From positions 1 through 61,320 of the forward strand of contig JBALDB010000034.1 in NCBI GenBank assembly GCA_036918135.1: 61,320 nt of DNA, written 5' to 3'. The translations under genes and the position numbers were made by a program. The DNA is from Nostoc sp. (GTDB taxonomy: Bacteria; Cyanobacteriota; Cyanobacteriia; Cyanobacteriales; Nostocaceae). The notes beneath the pieces were generated by a model. It had not been told where the DNA came from. It did not search any database and saw only the letters and a list, made by a program, of their open reading frames with translations. This document shows, one piece after another, positions 58,573-61,320 of the stretch; within the stretch, counting starts at the first letter, position 1; every line of letters begins with the position of its first letter.

Positions 58573-58704
58573 ATGAAACTAAAAACTTGTCTTATAGCTG
58601 CAAGTGCAGCCTTATTTCTCGTGCATTCTTTTATCCCAAAAGCGCAAGCTGACAACAACGAATGCACACAAGAACATCCTTGTCGGGGGATAGGGAGGAG
58701 ATAA
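58573..58704 (+). CDS. 43-aa secreted peptide with PatS/PatX-like C-terminus (not in the ORF track)
   Basis: MKLKTCLIAASAALFLVHSFIPKAQA-DNNECTQEHPCRGIGRR*; fills the gap in a co-oriented operon. Confidence 0.65.
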   Translation: MKLKTCLIAASAALFLVHSFIPKAQADNNECTQEHPCRGIGRR

Positions 58705-58722
58705 GGATAAACCTTCAAAGCA

Positions 58723-59355
58723 ATGAAACTGAAAGCTTTTTTCGTAAATATCTTAACTGCTTTGTGTGGGCGTTTTCGCCCAAAACAGAAATCCCTACGT
58801 CAGTACGGTCGTCTAAGTCACTCTCAAAAAGACCGTAAACGCCCACATTTAATTGCCAAGTACAAGATGAGGTGTTTTTGGTGTGGGCATAACCTAACAC
58901 CTGAAACACTGACTATTGACCACTATATTCCGCTCTCAAAAGGCGGAAGCAACAAGATTAAAAACCTACGCTTAGCCTGCAATGGCTGCAATAACAAACG
59001 AGGAAACGCCATGCCAGAAGACACACTAGAAATCATTGCTGAACAGTCTAAAATCCGTTTTCCTAATCACTGGAAAAAACCTAAATACCATCTTGGACAA
59101 CGGGTCAAACAAGGTGAAATTGTTGGTCTAGAATACCATCGACCTGGCACATTAAGAGCTTATGAACTGGGTAATGGTTGGCATTACTGGGTGTGCAGAG
59201 ACTCCATGTCTGATTCTGTTGAAAGTTGCACAGAAAGCCAAATTAAACCGCTTTCACCAACAGAAATTAAAGAGGAAATCCAGGCTGAGATTGAATTTCA
59301 TGCTGACAAGCTAACTGCTCTTACCCAGCAACTAGAAGAGGTACAGCAATCATGA
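58723..59355 (+). CDS. HNH endonuclease fused to a domain duplicated in the next gene
   Basis: CFWCG…TIDHYIPLSKGGSN…ACNGCNNKRG; then WKKPKYHLGQRV…. Confidence 0.82.
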   Translation: MKLKAFFVNILTALCGRFRPKQKSLRQYGRLSHSQKDRKRPHLIAKYKMRCFWCGHNLTPETLTIDHYIPLSKGGSNKIKNLRLACNGCNNKRGNAMPEDTLEIIAEQSKIRFPNHWKKPKYHLGQRVKQGEIVGLEYHRPGTLRAYELGNGWHYWVCRDSMSDSVESCTESQIKPLSPTEIKEEIQAEIEFHADKLTALTQQLEEVQQS

Positions 59356-59681
59356 CTAATCCCCAAGGACGCTTGTCAATCCGTATCCCCAGTGATTGGA
59401 CGCTACCGGGATACTCGTTAGGACAAAGGACAAAACAAGGCTTAATAATTGGGATTCAATATTACCCGTCAGGTACATTCTTAGCCCAAGAAGAGGGTCA
59501 GGAGTGGCGATATTCATTACTGCTTACAAGCAATATTCAAGACCTTGATTACAAAAAAGAGTCAGAGATTGAGCCACTGTCAACACAAGAGTTGCGCTCG
59601 TCCATACTCGCCGACATTGAGCTTTACCAAAGCAAAATAGCAGCTTTAACTGAACAATTGAATGAGGTTGAACAAGCATGA
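59352..59681 (+). CDS. Hypothetical protein, paralog of the upstream C-terminal domain
   Basis: WTLPGYSLGQRTKQGLIIGIQY…IEPLS…KIAALTEQLNEV. Confidence 0.7.
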   Translation: MTNPQGRLSIRIPSDWTLPGYSLGQRTKQGLIIGIQYYPSGTFLAQEEGQEWRYSLLLTSNIQDLDYKKESEIEPLSTQELRSSILADIELYQSKIAALTEQLNEVEQA

Positions 59682-59914
59682 TTGACTCAGACCAAAAAAT
59701 CTCAATTCTTACTGCCCTGCGGGATTCTCGTAGGGAAGGGCTGATTAACTTTGTAGAAGAATTTATCACCCTGTTGAATCAGGAGGGTTTCTCATTCGGT
59801 GACCTGTTAGAAGCGCTTGCAGGTTGGGGGTATCGTCAGCAGCCAAATCCTGATGAGGTGATTAGACATTTGGAGGACGCAGCATCACAATTGAGTCGTG
59901 CCTCCAGAAACTAG
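59678..59914 (+). CDS. Small hypothetical protein
   Basis: 78 aa; ATGA-coupled. Confidence 0.6.
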   Translation: MIDSDQKISILTALRDSRREGLINFVEEFITLLNQEGFSFGDLLEALAGWGYRQQPNPDEVIRHLEDAASQLSRASRN

Positions 59915-59940
59915 GGACAGTACTTAAAGCAGATATCTTT

Positions 59941-59970
59941 ACCACCCATATGGGTGGTTTTTCTTTTTCT
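59941..59970 (+). terminator. Intrinsic terminator of the rightward operon
   Basis: ACCACCC-atat-GGGTGGT followed by T runs. Confidence 0.7.
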
Positions 59971-60355
59971 CTTATCCCTTGTATTCCCAACCACCACCTT
60001 GACAATGCTAGGTAACATATTTTACGATTGACTCAAATTAAATCGCTCAAGTCTCAGTCAGGGATAGTAGCTGTGGGAATAATTAAAGCCCCGCTGAAAC
60101 TAACCCAAGAGCTAAAAGCCTCAATTGAGCAACTAGCCGAGGTAAAACCACACTGGTATCAGTGATATGGTTTAGTTTGTGTATTTACCCAAGAATTTCA
60201 ACAATTGAATAATGCTGACTGAGTCTCAAAGAACGAGCAGAGTTTTTTTGGGTGATGCGATGCCTGCTCTTAAAGCTAGCCTAACTGCAACTTGCCTGCC
60301 CCAGACCTCATGAAAAATTTTTCATGAGGTTATAAAAAGTTTTTCATGTACGCTT

Positions 60356-61320
60356 TTATTTTGGATTGAGAACTGGGGGGCGATCGCCAAAAATTGCTCC
60401 TCGTTTTTCAAGGTCATGCTCCATTTCCTCTTCGAGTCCTATAGCATCTCCAAATGAAGCATTTGCAACAATAGCATCGCTGAGGTCGGCACCGTTGAGG
60501 AAGGCACGTCTGAAGTTGGCATGTCTGAGGTTGGCACTGCTGAGGTCGGCATTACCGAGGTGGGCATAGCTGAGGTTGGCACGTCTGAGGTTGGCACTCC
60601 TGAGGTCGGCACCGTTGAGGAAGGCATATCTGAGGTTGGCACGTCTGAGGTTGGCATGTCTGAGGTTGGCACTGCTGAGGTTAGCACCGTTGAGGTTAGT
60701 ATTACTAAGGTCGGCACCGTTGAGGAAGGCATATCTGAGGTCGGCACCGTTGAGGAAGGCATATCTGAGGTCGGCACCGTTGAGGAAGGCATATCTGAGG
60801 TCGGCATTACTTAAATCTTGACCTACTACTTGGTGATTAACAATCTTCCAAACTAAACGCCATTTGCTATCAATTTGCGTGGACTCATTAATATTTGCAC
60901 TCCTGAGGTTGGCAGCGTTGAGATTGGCACCACTCAGGTTGACACCTCTCAAGTCGGCATTTCTTAGTTCAGCGCCGTTGAGATTAGCACTGTTGAGATT
61001 GGCACCGCTGAGGTTGGCACCGCTGAGGTCGGCACTTCTGAGGTCGGCACCGCTGAGGTTGATACCACTGAGGTTAATACCACTGAGGTAGGCACCGCTC
61101 AGGTCGGCATTTCTCAGGTCGGCATTTCTCAGGTCAGCACGGCTAAAACTGGCACCACTCAGGTTGACACCTCTCAGGTTGGCATAGCTGAGGTTGGCAT
61201 AGCTGAGGTTGGCATAGCTGAGGTTGGCACCGCTGAGGTTGATACCACTGAGGTTAATACCACTGAGGTAGGCACCGCTCAGGTCGGCATTTCTCAGGTC
61301 GGCATTTCTCAGGTCAGCAC
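60356..61320 (-). CDS. Pentapeptide-repeat protein, 5' end outside the window
   Basis: Frame is open to the window edge; 15-bp tandem repeats encoding A(N/D)L(S/R)x. Confidence 0.9.
   Translation of the reverse strand, partial: ADLRNADLRNADLSGAYLSGINLSGINLSGANLSYANLSYANLSYANLRGVNLSGASFSRADLRNADLRNADLSGAYLSGINLSGINLSGADLRSADLSGANLSGANLNSANLNGAELRNADLRGVNLSGANLNAANLRSANINESTQIDSKWRLVWKIVNHQVVGQDLSNADLRYAFLNGADLRYAFLNGADLRYAFLNGADLSNTNLNGANLSSANLRHANLRRANLRYAFLNGADLRSANLRRANLSYAHLGNADLSSANLRHANFRRAFLNGADLSDAIVANASFGDAIGLEEEMEHDLEKRGAIFGDRPPVLNPK

Larger units (their letters stand above)
14815..59960. mobile_element. Prophage-like element at tRNA-Cys carrying a CRISPR-Cas insertion; right boundary unresolved
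   Basis: Integrase beside the tRNA, head/tail genes at 17-34 kb, and phage-type early genes at 52-60 kb. That these form one element is inferred from gene order and orientation. Confidence 0.65.

Noticed and set aside
60305..60330. Palindrome as a protelomerase (tel) site
   Set aside because: It is short, and no protelomerase gene is visible in the window.
60366..61320. 15-bp tandem repeats and overlapping repetitive ORFs
   Set aside because: Explained by pentapeptide-repeat coding; no spacers, so not a CRISPR.

Overview
Window from a filamentous, probably heterocyst-forming cyanobacterium (Nostocales-like: abundant HIP1 GCGATCGC, STRR-type heptamer repeats, cpcT). Bases 1-14.8 kb are host chromosome: dnaK 3' remnant, ilvA, rbp-rpsU, oxidoreductases, an effector/NB-ARC gene pair sharing a short motif, a TPR gene, cpcT and tRNA-Cys. 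A prophage-like element starts at tRNA-Cys. It has a tyrosine integrase and Xis-like gene, then a minus-strand siphovirus-type morphogenesis block (tape measure, frameshifted G/GT chaperone, tail tube, head-tail proteins, capsid, decoration, scaffold, gp7-like, portal). No terminase, tail fibre or lysin is recognisable. Where the terminase is expected there is a 246-bp Tn7/CAST-type end structure, then a complete WYL-associated type I-B (Myxan/DevR-like) CRISPR-Cas system with 57 repeats and 56 spacers, a TnpB remnant and cargo. Then comes a phage-like replication, regulation and recombination module that includes an unannotated secreted 43-aa peptide ending in a PatS/PatX-like RGIGRR. No second att copy was seen, so the right boundary is unknown. 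All calls are by eye; no database searches were run.
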